From Candidatus Heimdallarchaeota archaeon (GTDB lineage Archaea > Asgardarchaeota > Heimdallarchaeia > Heimdallarchaeales > Heimdallarchaeaceae): a stretch of 64,000 bases of DNA. The notes under the pieces were generated by a model. It was given only the letters and a program-made list of their open reading frames with translations. It ran no database searches and was not told the DNA's origin. How positions within the stretch are numbered: the first letter of the stretch is position 1; every line of letters begins with the position of its first letter. The stretch is from NCBI GenBank assembly GCA_019057815.1, contig JAHLWR010000016.1, forward strand, positions 1-64,000, written 5' to 3'. The translations under genes and the position numbers were made by a program. This document shows, in pieces, positions 41,888-50,813 of this stretch.

Positions 41888-42361
41888 ATGTCAGAAAAAA
41901 AGAAAAGATTAGCAATAATAGCCTCACAAGCTAATATAACAGGAGCATATCCACCACTACTCTTAGCTACAACAGCAGCTGCTATGGACTATGAAGTAGG
42001 AATATTCTTCACATTCTTTGGGTTAAATATGCTTAAGAAGAATAAGTTAAACAAAATTAAGATAACACCAGCTGGTGAAACAGCAATGCCTATGCCTATT
42101 CCTCAAATAGTAGGTGTCTTACCAGGAATGACAAGTATGGCAACAAAAATGATGAAGAGCTGGATGAAAAAAGCAAATGTTGCAAAATTGCAAGAACTTA
42201 TGGACATCGCTGTAGAATCAGGAGTGAAACTTATCGCATGCCAAATGACAATGGAAGTCATGAAAATCAAGCGAAAGGATTTGATTGATGAATGTGTTGT
42301 TGGTGGCGCCGCTACATTTATAGAATTTGCTTCAGAAGCTGATATTAACCTGTACATTTAG
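41888..42361 (+). CDS. dsrE: DsrE/DsrF/DrsH-like (DsrE2) sulfurtransferase
   Basis: AYPPL, FFTFFGL, ACQMTMEV, GAATF. Confidence 0.9.
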   Translation: MSEKKKRLAIIASQANITGAYPPLLLATTAAAMDYEVGIFFTFFGLNMLKKNKLNKIKITPAGETAMPMPIPQIVGVLPGMTSMATKMMKSWMKKANVAKLQELMDIAVESGVKLIACQMTMEVMKIKRKDLIDECVVGGAATFIEFASEADINLYI

Positions 42362-42370
42362 GTGCATTGA

Positions 42371-42745
42371 ATGACTGAACAAGACAAAGTAATCTTTGTT
42401 GTAACACATGGGGAAGAATATAAAGATCGTCTAGAATCTCCCCTTCATTTAGCTTCTCTTGCAGCTATGCTTGATGCAGATGTGAAGATGGTTTATACAA
42501 TGTCTGCTGGTTTGCTTCTTAAGAAAGGTGTAGCAGAGAATCTCATTCCGAAAGAAGGAAGAAAGTCCCTCATTGAAACAATTCGAGAAGCAAAAGAAGC
42601 TGGTGTTAAAATCTATGTATGCAGTCCAGTTCTAGAATGGAACGATTTAAAGAGAGAAGACTTTATCGATGAAGTAGATGATATCGTTGGTGGAATGTTT
42701 TTGATTACTGAATCCTTGGATGCAAAAGTAACATATACGTTTTAG
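42371..42745 (+). CDS. dsrE: DsrE family protein
   Basis: VTHG, P.HLA..AA, GVKIYVCS, VGG. Confidence 0.85.
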   Translation: MTEQDKVIFVVTHGEEYKDRLESPLHLASLAAMLDADVKMVYTMSAGLLLKKGVAENLIPKEGRKSLIETIREAKEAGVKIYVCSPVLEWNDLKREDFIDEVDDIVGGMFLITESLDAKVTYTF

Positions 42746-42754
42746 TGATAAATA

Positions 42755-43162
42755 ATGTCTACCGCGCTTTATTCTCTTCTTTCGGACGAATTATCATGTT
42801 TTGATATTATAAAAGCGTTTTTTGCCCTTTCAGACAATGAAATAGAGATTCTTTCATGTGTTCATAATAAACAAGGAATTGGCATTGAAGGATTAACGGA
42901 AATAATCCCAAAGAACAGAACTACAATTTCTAGATCAATTCAGAGGTTGACTTCAATAGGCGTTATTCGAAAAGATAAAGTTAATCTTGTAAAGGGAGGT
43001 TACAAGTTCGTTTACTACAGCAAACCGGTGAACGAAATAAAGGAATTTTTGCTAGAATTAATTGATAAATTAGCTATAAGCATGAAAAATTCTATGCAAA
43101 ACCTCTCTGATGAACGTTGTGCAGAACTGTTCAAAGAAGTTGTTAATAAGTATAAAAAATAA
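42755..43162 (+). CDS. HTH transcriptional regulator (TrmB/COG3355-like) with Cys residues
   Basis: RTTISRSIQRL...GGYKFVY. Confidence 0.85.
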   Translation: MSTALYSLLSDELSCFDIIKAFFALSDNEIEILSCVHNKQGIGIEGLTEIIPKNRTTISRSIQRLTSIGVIRKDKVNLVKGGYKFVYYSKPVNEIKEFLLELIDKLAISMKNSMQNLSDERCAELFKEVVNKYKK

Positions 43163-43212
43163 AAATCCTAAAAACTTAACTTCGTTCTTTTTCTGATCTT
43201 TAATTTACACCA

Positions 43213-44112
43213 TTATTCGTGTAATAAACGTTTCATATACTTACTCAGTCTAGCTTGGAACTTATTCCTTCTAGAAAATGGGATATCCAACTCATATCTT
43301 TTCGTAAATAATTTCTGAAGTTCTTTATGAGAATCAATGTGCATCCCAATGACCCACTTAGCTTTTTCTTTGAGTAGAGCTTCATGATCATCTTTCAAAA
43401 TCATTTCAATATAGTCATTCAGATACCCTTTCTCGTCTCTAGCAATTGAAATGATTTTTCCTTTTTTGTTCTTTATGGCAACAGAATCTCCTTTATTCTG
43501 CTCTTTGGAGAAGGAGTATAGAATATTATGCACTAGTTGCTTCTCACAACTTTTATCAGAGTAAGTTATTAGAGAAAAATCGTAAGAAGCTTCATATGGA
43601 ATAGCTTTGTCGATTACGCTAGCTAACTCTATTAGCCCTTTTTCATCCAAACTTGGTTGTAACACTACTTTGGTTGTAATCATTGCAGCTACGATTATCT
43701 CTCTTAATGTTGTTAAGTCAACTTTTTCAAGAATTGTATTAGGATCACTACGAAAGATTTTTTCGTTTAGCATCACAGGTTCAGCTTCTATCTTATCAAA
43801 AATATCGGTTTGAAATAAAGGAGATGAGTAAAAACATAGATTATTGAAAGTATACTCCTCTGAAGGAATTATTAGACTGTGAGACAATGCTTTTGGTCTT
43901 CCAAAAGGATCCAATCCATCACTTCTAACTAGCTTCACAATGATATTACCTGAAGTATGAGTGTATTTTGAAACATATTTAACATGCTCTTTATGCTTCG
44001 TTGATAATTCTGGCATGAAAACAATAGTATCATCGGATAATTCTTGAGGTAAATTTGATTTTGATATATAATAACCTTTTTTGTCATCTCGACATGCTAT
44101 TGCTTGAAACAT
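43213..44112 (-). CDS. GAP1-N2/GAP1-M-like (DENN-related) domain protein
   Basis: GLDPFGRPKALSHSLI and IDKAIP...FSLITY motifs. Confidence 0.5.
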   Translation of the reverse strand: MFQAIACRDDKKGYYISKSNLPQELSDDTIVFMPELSTKHKEHVKYVSKYTHTSGNIIVKLVRSDGLDPFGRPKALSHSLIIPSEEYTFNNLCFYSSPLFQTDIFDKIEAEPVMLNEKIFRSDPNTILEKVDLTTLREIIVAAMITTKVVLQPSLDEKGLIELASVIDKAIPYEASYDFSLITYSDKSCEKQLVHNILYSFSKEQNKGDSVAIKNKKGKIISIARDEKGYLNDYIEMILKDDHEALLKEKAKWVIGMHIDSHKELQKLFTKRYELDIPFSRRNKFQARLSKYMKRLLHE

Positions 44113-44207
44113 GATTCAAATACATTATCTAGTTAGCAGAATTTAAAGGTTATTAATAAAAATCTAATCTCTTCAAAATATTCTTAAACAGAATATAGCA
44201 TTGGTTT

Positions 44208-45245
44208 ATGATGACTGAATATGAAGCTCTCTCAGAACTAATAGAAAGGATTGATGAGCTTGTCAAAAAAGATCAATACAATTTAGCGATTGAGACCATT
44301 GAAAATCAGATTGATAATTTCGGAGAAAAACAAATTTTGTACGATTTTTTGGGAAAACTCAATATGCTGGTAAAAGATCCTCAAAAAGCTGCTGGTTTTC
44401 TAATCAACTCTCTCGAAATACAACCAGAAAATGCTCTCACTCTTGAACTACTGGGTGATGCCTACTATGCGATGGAAAATTGGGAGGAAACGATTATTTC
44501 ATGGCATAAATCATGTGAAATTGATCAACAAAAGTTTGATGTGTGGAAAAAACTGGGAGAGCTATATTATCAAATTGGTGAATATGCTAAAGCAACCAAA
44601 GCGTTGCAGGTTTTTCTAGAATTTGAAGAAGATGTCGATGTTTACAGTCTTTTAGCGGACATATTTCGAAAAATGGGAAATGATATCGAAAGTTGGAATC
44701 AATTGATGAAAGCAGAAAAACTAGCCCCTGATAATCGAAGAATATTAATTCAAATTGGCCAATCATATTCAGATATTGGCAATTATGAAAGAGCTATTGA
44801 CTATTTCCAAAAAGTAGTTTCGGATGAACCAGAAAATGCCTCTGCGCTCTTCTTCCTTGGTAAAATGCATGTTTCAAAGAAAAATTATACTCAAGCTATA
44901 GAATTTTTCTCTCAAATTATAGAAATTGACCCAGACAATGCTTTAGCATATTATGAAATTGCGGATATTTACACTTCTCAAGCTAAAATCGATGAAGCTA
45001 TTAAAATGTATGATGAATGCTTAAACAGTGATCCTTCAATCGAAGAAGCTTCAGTCGCGATTGCCTCCTTACATTGGGTATCCAAAAAATACGAAAAAGC
45101 TTTGACATATCTAAAAGATGCTCTCCGATACAATAAAGCAAGTATAGATGCTCTTCAAATGATTGGTGATATTTACGAAGACATGGATGATAAAGAACAA
45201 GCTGAAGAATATTGGTCCAAAGTTGCTGAAATTAAGGAAGATTGA
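44208..45245 (+). CDS. tetratricopeptide repeat protein
   Basis: multiple 34-aa repeats with LG..Y...G.Y..A...F/Y and P at repeat ends. Confidence 0.92.
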   Translation: MMTEYEALSELIERIDELVKKDQYNLAIETIENQIDNFGEKQILYDFLGKLNMLVKDPQKAAGFLINSLEIQPENALTLELLGDAYYAMENWEETIISWHKSCEIDQQKFDVWKKLGELYYQIGEYAKATKALQVFLEFEEDVDVYSLLADIFRKMGNDIESWNQLMKAEKLAPDNRRILIQIGQSYSDIGNYERAIDYFQKVVSDEPENASALFFLGKMHVSKKNYTQAIEFFSQIIEIDPDNALAYYEIADIYTSQAKIDEAIKMYDECLNSDPSIEEASVAIASLHWVSKKYEKALTYLKDALRYNKASIDALQMIGDIYEDMDDKEQAEEYWSKVAEIKED

Positions 45246-45286
45246 TATGTATTCTTCGTGGTCCTGTAATTGCGTTTACTCACGGT

Positions 45287-45646
45287 TTGAAGGGGACATA
45301 TATACTTTTTACGTTTTTAAGAGATAGAATCGATGTAAAGATAAGAGATAGAAAAGTAACCATTAGCACAGGTTATTATGTTTATATAGGAAGCGCTTTC
45401 GGAGCAGGGGGACTTGCTTCCAGATTACATCGTCACTTACGGAAGAAAAAGAAAAGATACTGGCATATCGATCAGATAACTACTTCGGAATTTTGTGAAA
45501 TACAATCAATTGGAATAATAATTGATAAAAAAATGGAATGTGAAGTGAGTGAAAAAATTTCAAAAATCGGTATTATCGAATTAATAAATGGTTTTGGAAA
45601 TAGTGACTGTAACTCGTGCCAAAGTCATTTATATAAATTACCTTAG
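45287..45646 (+). CDS. DUF123/GIY-YIG (Uri) nuclease family protein
   Basis: KGTY, GYYVYIGSA, RL.RH, WHID, GFGNSDC..CQSHL; TTG at 45287 preferred. Confidence 0.85.
   Translation: MKGTYILFTFLRDRIDVKIRDRKVTISTGYYVYIGSAFGAGGLASRLHRHLRKKKKRYWHIDQITTSEFCEIQSIGIIIDKKMECEVSEKISKIGIIELINGFGNSDCNSCQSHLYKLP
45386..45643 (+). repeat. direct repeat copy 1 (3' part of DUF123 gene)
   Basis: colinear with 47884-48142. Confidence 0.9.
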
Positions 45647-45712
45647 AAGATTATAGCCATCAATTTTGTTTTGTAGCATTATTTTAGTGACTTTAACACG
45701 TTCTCTGAATAA

Positions 45713-47061
45713 ATGAACTACTCCTACCTAAAGGTAAGCGTTTCTTGATTCATTGAAAAGACTTGACCACTGATGATTGCTGAAGCAGTGATAGTGATTA
45801 GAGGTCTGTTCTCCACAAGTAAAGAGGCATATCCCTTACCCCTCTTCAAAATGTTTATTGAAGCGTTATAGTCGCGGTCTATCTCTAAGTCGCAATAAGG
45901 ACAAGAGTGTGTCCTATCATTTAATGTCTTAGGAACTATCTCTCCACATCTGGAACATTCTTGAGTAGTACCTCTTGGTGGAACTTTAACTAGTTCTTTA
46001 TCAGCGTTTACAGCTTTATAAGATAAATAGTTGAAGAATATTCCCCATGAAGCGTCGAGAATGTTACGATGGAGTGTGCGTGACCGCTTGTGTTTCTTAT
46101 TACCTTTCTGTGTGAGTCCTTTAATATTCAAGTTTTCCACACAGATAATATCATAATTATCTACATAAAAGTTTGAGACTTTATGTAAGAAGTCTTTACG
46201 CTGGTCAACAGCTTTAGTGTAGAGTTTAGCCAACTGATATTTGGCTTTTAACCAATTCTTTGAACCTTGCTTTTTACGACTAAGAGATTTGTGCTTATTT
46301 TTAAGTTTCTTTAATTGTCTTTCTATGTTTTTAGGATTCTCTATCTCTCGTCCATCCGAATCCACTGCGTAAGAATTTATCCCTACATCTATCCCTACGC
46401 TTTTAGAGGTTTTAGGAAGAGATATAGGAGCGTTCTCTACTTGTATATTAGCGAACCATCTACCTGTTTGAGAACGTTTGAGTATTATGCCCTTGACTTT
46501 GTTTGTACGTATACGATTGTTTAATCCTCTACAATTGATAGTACCTATCTTAGAAAAGGTTAGTTTATTTTTGTTTTCATCTATCTTGAATCCACTCTGG
46601 TTATAGTTGATAGTCTTGTACCATCCTTTTCCTTTGAAACGTAAGTGACCGATCTTATGTCCATTCTTCTTTAATTGTGCTAGACTTTTGATATTTGTCC
46701 ATAGAGTGTAATTGACCATCTGTAAAACTTTAGAATGTACTCCTTTCAATTCGGGAATAGAACTGTTTTTTAGCCCTACTATAAACGATTGAGTTTTGAT
46801 TTGTGTGAGTTTTTCTCCCTTCTCTTGTGCTTTCTTACACTCTTCTAGTAGCCTATTATAGAGTTTTCTACAAATGTCCAACTGTTCAACAAGTTTTGCT
46901 TGTTGCTGTTTATTAGGGTACAGTTGCACTTTGTATGTTAGCATTAGTCCATTTCCTTATCTCCTTAGTACTTTTTTCACTATAAAAAGCTGAGTAATAG
47001 ATGAATAGATGTGTCTATAGCATTCATCCCCCACCTAAAGGAAGGGGATTTCTGCTATGTA
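45713..47061 (-). mobile_element. IS200/IS605-family tnpB-only (IS1341-type) element inserted in dus
   Basis: LE after TTAA with hairpin CCCCTTCC-TTTA-GGTGGGGG; RE hairpin ending in TTCAT; removal restores the dus frame. Confidence 0.88.
45724..46944 (-). CDS. tnpB: TnpB RNA-guided endonuclease
   Basis: YKVQLYP HTH, GIDVG, VENL, CSRCG/CPYC Zn ribbon, DRDYNASINI. Confidence 0.95.
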   Translation of the reverse strand: MLTYKVQLYPNKQQQAKLVEQLDICRKLYNRLLEECKKAQEKGEKLTQIKTQSFIVGLKNSSIPELKGVHSKVLQMVNYTLWTNIKSLAQLKKNGHKIGHLRFKGKGWYKTINYNQSGFKIDENKNKLTFSKIGTINCRGLNNRIRTNKVKGIILKRSQTGRWFANIQVENAPISLPKTSKSVGIDVGINSYAVDSDGREIENPKNIERQLKKLKNKHKSLSRKKQGSKNWLKAKYQLAKLYTKAVDQRKDFLHKVSNFYVDNYDIICVENLNIKGLTQKGNKKHKRSRTLHRNILDASWGIFFNYLSYKAVNADKELVKVPPRGTTQECSRCGEIVPKTLNDRTHSCPYCDLEIDRDYNASINILKRGKGYASLLVENRPLITITASAIISGQVFSMNQETLTFR

Positions 47062-47816
47062 TTAAGATTAAATTCGCGGTTCTTACACAATTCTATATAT
47101 TCTTGTCTTACATCTTTTAATGTAGGTACTTTCATATTTTTTAATTGCCCAAATATCAACGGATTATTCATCGCAGCTCTGCCAATCATAACTCCAACGC
47201 AACCGATTTCCTTCATTTTCTTTACATCCTCCTTAGTTTTAATATCGCCATTAGCAACAATGTCTTTTCCTGTATTTACACATTCAGAAAAAACCCCCCA
47301 ATCTGCTTTTATTTCATAGGACTCGGATCTATGTCTAGCATGTACTATAAAGAAATCTGCATCTACTCTTTCTATTAAACTAAGATATACTTTTTCTTTT
47401 TTTTCAGTTTTGTTTACTCCAAGACGTAACTTAATATTGACATTATAACCATAATTTTTAACAATATCAACCATTCTTTTGATTTTTGTTGGTCTTTTAA
47501 TCATTGCACTCCCAATACCTTGTTTAACATACGTTTGTGAAGGGCAACAAAGATTCAGGTTGAAACCTTGAAAACCTTTTTCAGGAGAAAAACCAGATAT
47601 AAACTCTTCTAGTTTTTGCTCATTCTTACCCATAATCTGGATCATAGTAGGAGTATCATCGTAAAGTACAATCCTCTTCAAAGCAGATTTATTTTTCTTC
47701 ACTAATGTTTCAAATCTTGTTAGTTCTGTAAAAGTAAGATCAGCACCATATTTGTGACAGAGATATCTAAAACTAGAATCTGCCAACTTTTCCATAGGTG
47801 CTAGCATATACTGCAT
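47055..47816 (-). CDS. dus: tRNA-dihydrouridine synthase, last 10 codons displaced by the IS
   Basis: LAPME, FR.LC..YGADL.FTE, NLNLCCP, GIGS, VHAR, ANGDI, GVMIGRAA; displaced tail YSENVLKSLK* at 45711-45679. Confidence 0.88.
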   Translation of the reverse strand: MQYMLAPMEKLADSSFRYLCHKYGADLTFTELTRFETLVKKNKSALKRIVLYDDTPTMIQIMGKNEQKLEEFISGFSPEKGFQGFNLNLCCPSQTYVKQGIGSAMIKRPTKIKRMVDIVKNYGYNVNIKLRLGVNKTEKKEKVYLSLIERVDADFFIVHARHRSESYEIKADWGVFSECVNTGKDIVANGDIKTKEDVKKMKEIGCVGVMIGRAAMNNPLIFGQLKNMKVPTLKDVRQEYIELCKNREFNLNT

Positions 47817-47883
47817 GATAGCTTGTTGTTTCTTTGAAGCTTTAAACATTTTTTTATTTACATGAAAAGAAAAAAAAGAAACC

Positions 47884-48142
47884 ATAGGAAGCGCTTTTGG
47901 TGCAGGGGGACTTACATCTAGATTACATCGTCACTTAAGTAAGAAAAAGAAAATATACTGGCACATCGATCAGATAACTACTTCGGAATTTTGTGAAATA
48001 CAATCAGTAGAAATAATAATCGATAGAAAAATGGAATGTGAAGTAAGCGAAAAAATTTCAAAAATCGATTTAATCGAATCTATAAATGGTTTGGAAATAG
48101 TGACTGTACATACTGTGCCAAAGTCATTTATATAAATTACCT
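47884..48142 (+). pseudogene. degenerate duplicate of the DUF123 gene 3' part (direct repeat copy 2)
   Basis: IGSAFGAGGLTSRLHRHL...YWHIDQIT; lacks the 5' end and has indels near the 3' end. Confidence 0.85.
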
Positions 48143-48344
48143 GAAAAGAAAAAAAGATGTTGAAAAGAAGAATTTCCAAGAGATAAATCTATTTGAGGAT
48201 ATTAGATTGGAATCGGATAAGGATAAAGATAGATTAACAAATTGTAATAACAAAAATAATACATAAATATATACTAATTTACTCTATATATTAGAAAGGG
48301 ATAAAACAATATAAAATGGATAATAAAGATTAAGGTGATACACA

Positions 48345-49607
48345 ATTACGAAACTAACAAAAGAAGAGATACATGATTATTTTTTCAAATTCTCATTACA
48401 CAAAAGTCTCGATCATTTCTTCTCAAAAGAAGAGCAAACATCGACAGTTGTAGATTACCTTACAATCAAAGGGAAAAAAATATCAAGATACATCAATGAA
48501 TTTTGGACTTCAAAACAGAGAAAATCTTCTTCAATCCATGAAATATCATATAGAGCTTGTTTTAAAGCCCAACTTCCCCGTTTTTTTATCAAACTTCTAA
48601 CAAAACCAAAAGATATTGTTTATGATCCTTTTAGCGGAAGAGGAACCACTATCATTGAAGCTGGATTATTAGGAAGACGTGTTATATCCAATGACATTAA
48701 TCCTTTAAGCGAAATTCTTGCTTATCCTCGTTTCTTTATTCCTGAAATTCGAGATGTTGAAGAAAGGTTGAATAATTTAGATTTTGATTATTCTAATAGA
48801 GCTGACATTGACTTATCTATGTTCTATCACCCAAAGACAGAAGCAGAAATAATTTCTTTACGAAATTATTTGATTGAAAGAAAAAGAGAGAACAATGAAG
48901 ATAACCTTGATCGGTGGATAAGAATGGTATCAACCAATCGTCTAACTGGTCATTCAACAGGTTTTTTTTCTGTTTATACATTACCCCCAAATCAAGCAAT
49001 ACTGCCTGAAAGACAGATATCAATTAATAAGAAGAGAAATCAAAAACCTGATTATCGTAAAATTACAGAACGTATTTTGAGAAAGACAAAAACACTTTTA
49101 CAGAATGTCAGTCAAGTAGAAAAAGAAAATTTGATTCTTGCAGGAAAAACTGTTAAATTTCTAACAAAAGATGCTAGAGAGACTTTAAAAATCGAAAACG
49201 AAAGTGTCAATCTAGTAGTTACTTCTCCACCGTTCCTTGATGTTGTTCAATATTCAAAAGATAATTGGCTAAGATGTTGGTTCAACAATATTGATGTTGA
49301 TGAAATTGAAAATAAAATCACTATGACTAAGAAACTTGATGATTGGTGTGATGTGATGAGTGATGTTTTCAGAGAGTTATACAGGATTACCAAAAAGGGA
49401 GGTTATGTAGCTTTTGAGGTAGGTGAAGTCAGAAAAGGTAAAATAAAACTTGATGAATATGTTGTTCCTTTAGGAGTAAATACAGGTTTTGAACCATTAG
49501 GAATTATTATTAATTTACAAGAATTCACGAAAACTGCCAATATCTGGGGCATAAATAATCTTGAAAAAGGTACTAATACAAATAGGATTGTTTTATTTCA
49601 AAAATAA
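48345..49607 (+). CDS. type II site-specific DNA methyltransferase (N4-C/N6-A, motif I before motif IV), probable ATT start
   Basis: frame open from 48339; YDPFSGRGTT lies upstream of the annotated 48768 start; TSPPF; AGGTGAT SD 5 nt before ATT at 48345. Confidence 0.85.
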   Translation: MTKLTKEEIHDYFFKFSLHKSLDHFFSKEEQTSTVVDYLTIKGKKISRYINEFWTSKQRKSSSIHEISYRACFKAQLPRFFIKLLTKPKDIVYDPFSGRGTTIIEAGLLGRRVISNDINPLSEILAYPRFFIPEIRDVEERLNNLDFDYSNRADIDLSMFYHPKTEAEIISLRNYLIERKRENNEDNLDRWIRMVSTNRLTGHSTGFFSVYTLPPNQAILPERQISINKKRNQKPDYRKITERILRKTKTLLQNVSQVEKENLILAGKTVKFLTKDARETLKIENESVNLVVTSPPFLDVVQYSKDNWLRCWFNNIDVDEIENKITMTKKLDDWCDVMSDVFRELYRITKKGGYVAFEVGEVRKGKIKLDEYVVPLGVNTGFEPLGIIINLQEFTKTANIWGINNLEKGTNTNRIVLFQK

Positions 49608-49608
49608 T

Positions 49609-50295
49609 CTAGTTATTTTTTGCTTTCTTTATATCGCCTTCAGCGATTTTCGTTTCCATTGTGTATAAATCCTTATTTGATGCATTAAACTCGTGTTTTA
49701 TTTGTCCCTTTAATGATTCCAATGAATACAGCTTCCAATATACAGGAATAAAAACTGTTTTATTATCTCTTATTTCGTTAACTATTTCAAAACCAACCAT
49801 TAGATGAAGTGCATCTGTTGTAATTTTTGGATTTTTTGAAGGAGAAACATAGAAGGAACGAAATGTCGTGTCTATACTTTTTTTATTATAGGTTTTGCAT
49901 TCTAAATAAAAGGGTGATCCATCAATATCTTCAACATAGATGTCTGGATAACCAGTTGCTTTTTTTGAACCATCTTTTGTTTTAGGAATTCTAGCTTTCA
50001 TCCCCACAGAATTTAATGCATTTATCACATAACGTTCAATATAATTCCCCACTTCATTTACTCGTCGTGCATAGATACCATCTCTGTTAGTGATTTTACA
50101 TGTTTCAATGCATGCATCTACTAATCTTTTATAAAAACCGGGTTTTTTTGCTTCCTTTTCATCATAAGGTTGGACTTTATATCCTGTTATTCCACTTATT
50201 AGAACAGAGAATGGCAAATCCTTTATAGGTTTCAGAAGTTTTCCAATAAAACTCTCTAATTCTTTTACATATTGTTTGTCTTCCATTTTGAACAA
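49609..50295 (-). CDS. putative type II restriction endonuclease, PD-(D/E)XK
   Basis: NEVGN..E, GYPDI...YLECKTY; convergent with the MTase. Confidence 0.75.
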   Translation of the reverse strand: MFKMEDKQYVKELESFIGKLLKPIKDLPFSVLISGITGYKVQPYDEKEAKKPGFYKRLVDACIETCKITNRDGIYARRVNEVGNYIERYVINALNSVGMKARIPKTKDGSKKATGYPDIYVEDIDGSPFYLECKTYNKKSIDTTFRSFYVSPSKNPKITTDALHLMVGFEIVNEIRDNKTVFIPVYWKLYSLESLKGQIKHEFNASNKDLYTMETKIAEGDIKKAKNN

Positions 50296-50813
50296 TTTTA
50301 ACTAAATCCTAGCTAAATAAGCCTTTCTCTGTCAAATTCTGAGAATGAATTCTCTTTTTCTTCTAGCTTTTAAATGAAATTCAGGATTATTTTATTGAAG
50401 AGAGTTTCTTCACTATGATATTCTTTCTTTTTTCTCGCTTCAACCCCCTCTCACTCGTTATCTCTTTATTATATATCTCACTCTCTTTTCTCCCTTTTTC
50501 TTGTCTTTCTTCCCTTTTGGTTTAATGAATGCTTTCAATGACGCTTGACTGTATTTATAATTTCTCATCCTTTGCGCAATATCATATGTATCTGATTATA
50601 CTAACCCTTGCTCTTGTTCATCTTGTTCTTTTCTGTTTATATTCTAACTCACACATCTCTAATTGAGTGGTTTTTCACTATAAAAACTTACTGTCCACCT
50701 TAAAAAGGAGTTTAAAAATATTCAAGATAAAAGAAGAATGGAGTTGACCAAGTGACTGTTAACTCGATATCTTAAAGGAAAGGTTTATAGTTTTTAAAAT
50801 CTCTTGATTTCAT

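Noticed and set aside
50671-50686. 16-nt match TTTTTCACTATAAAAA shared with the tnpB upstream region near 46973
   Set aside because: Low-complexity TATA-like sequence with no flanking IS similarity
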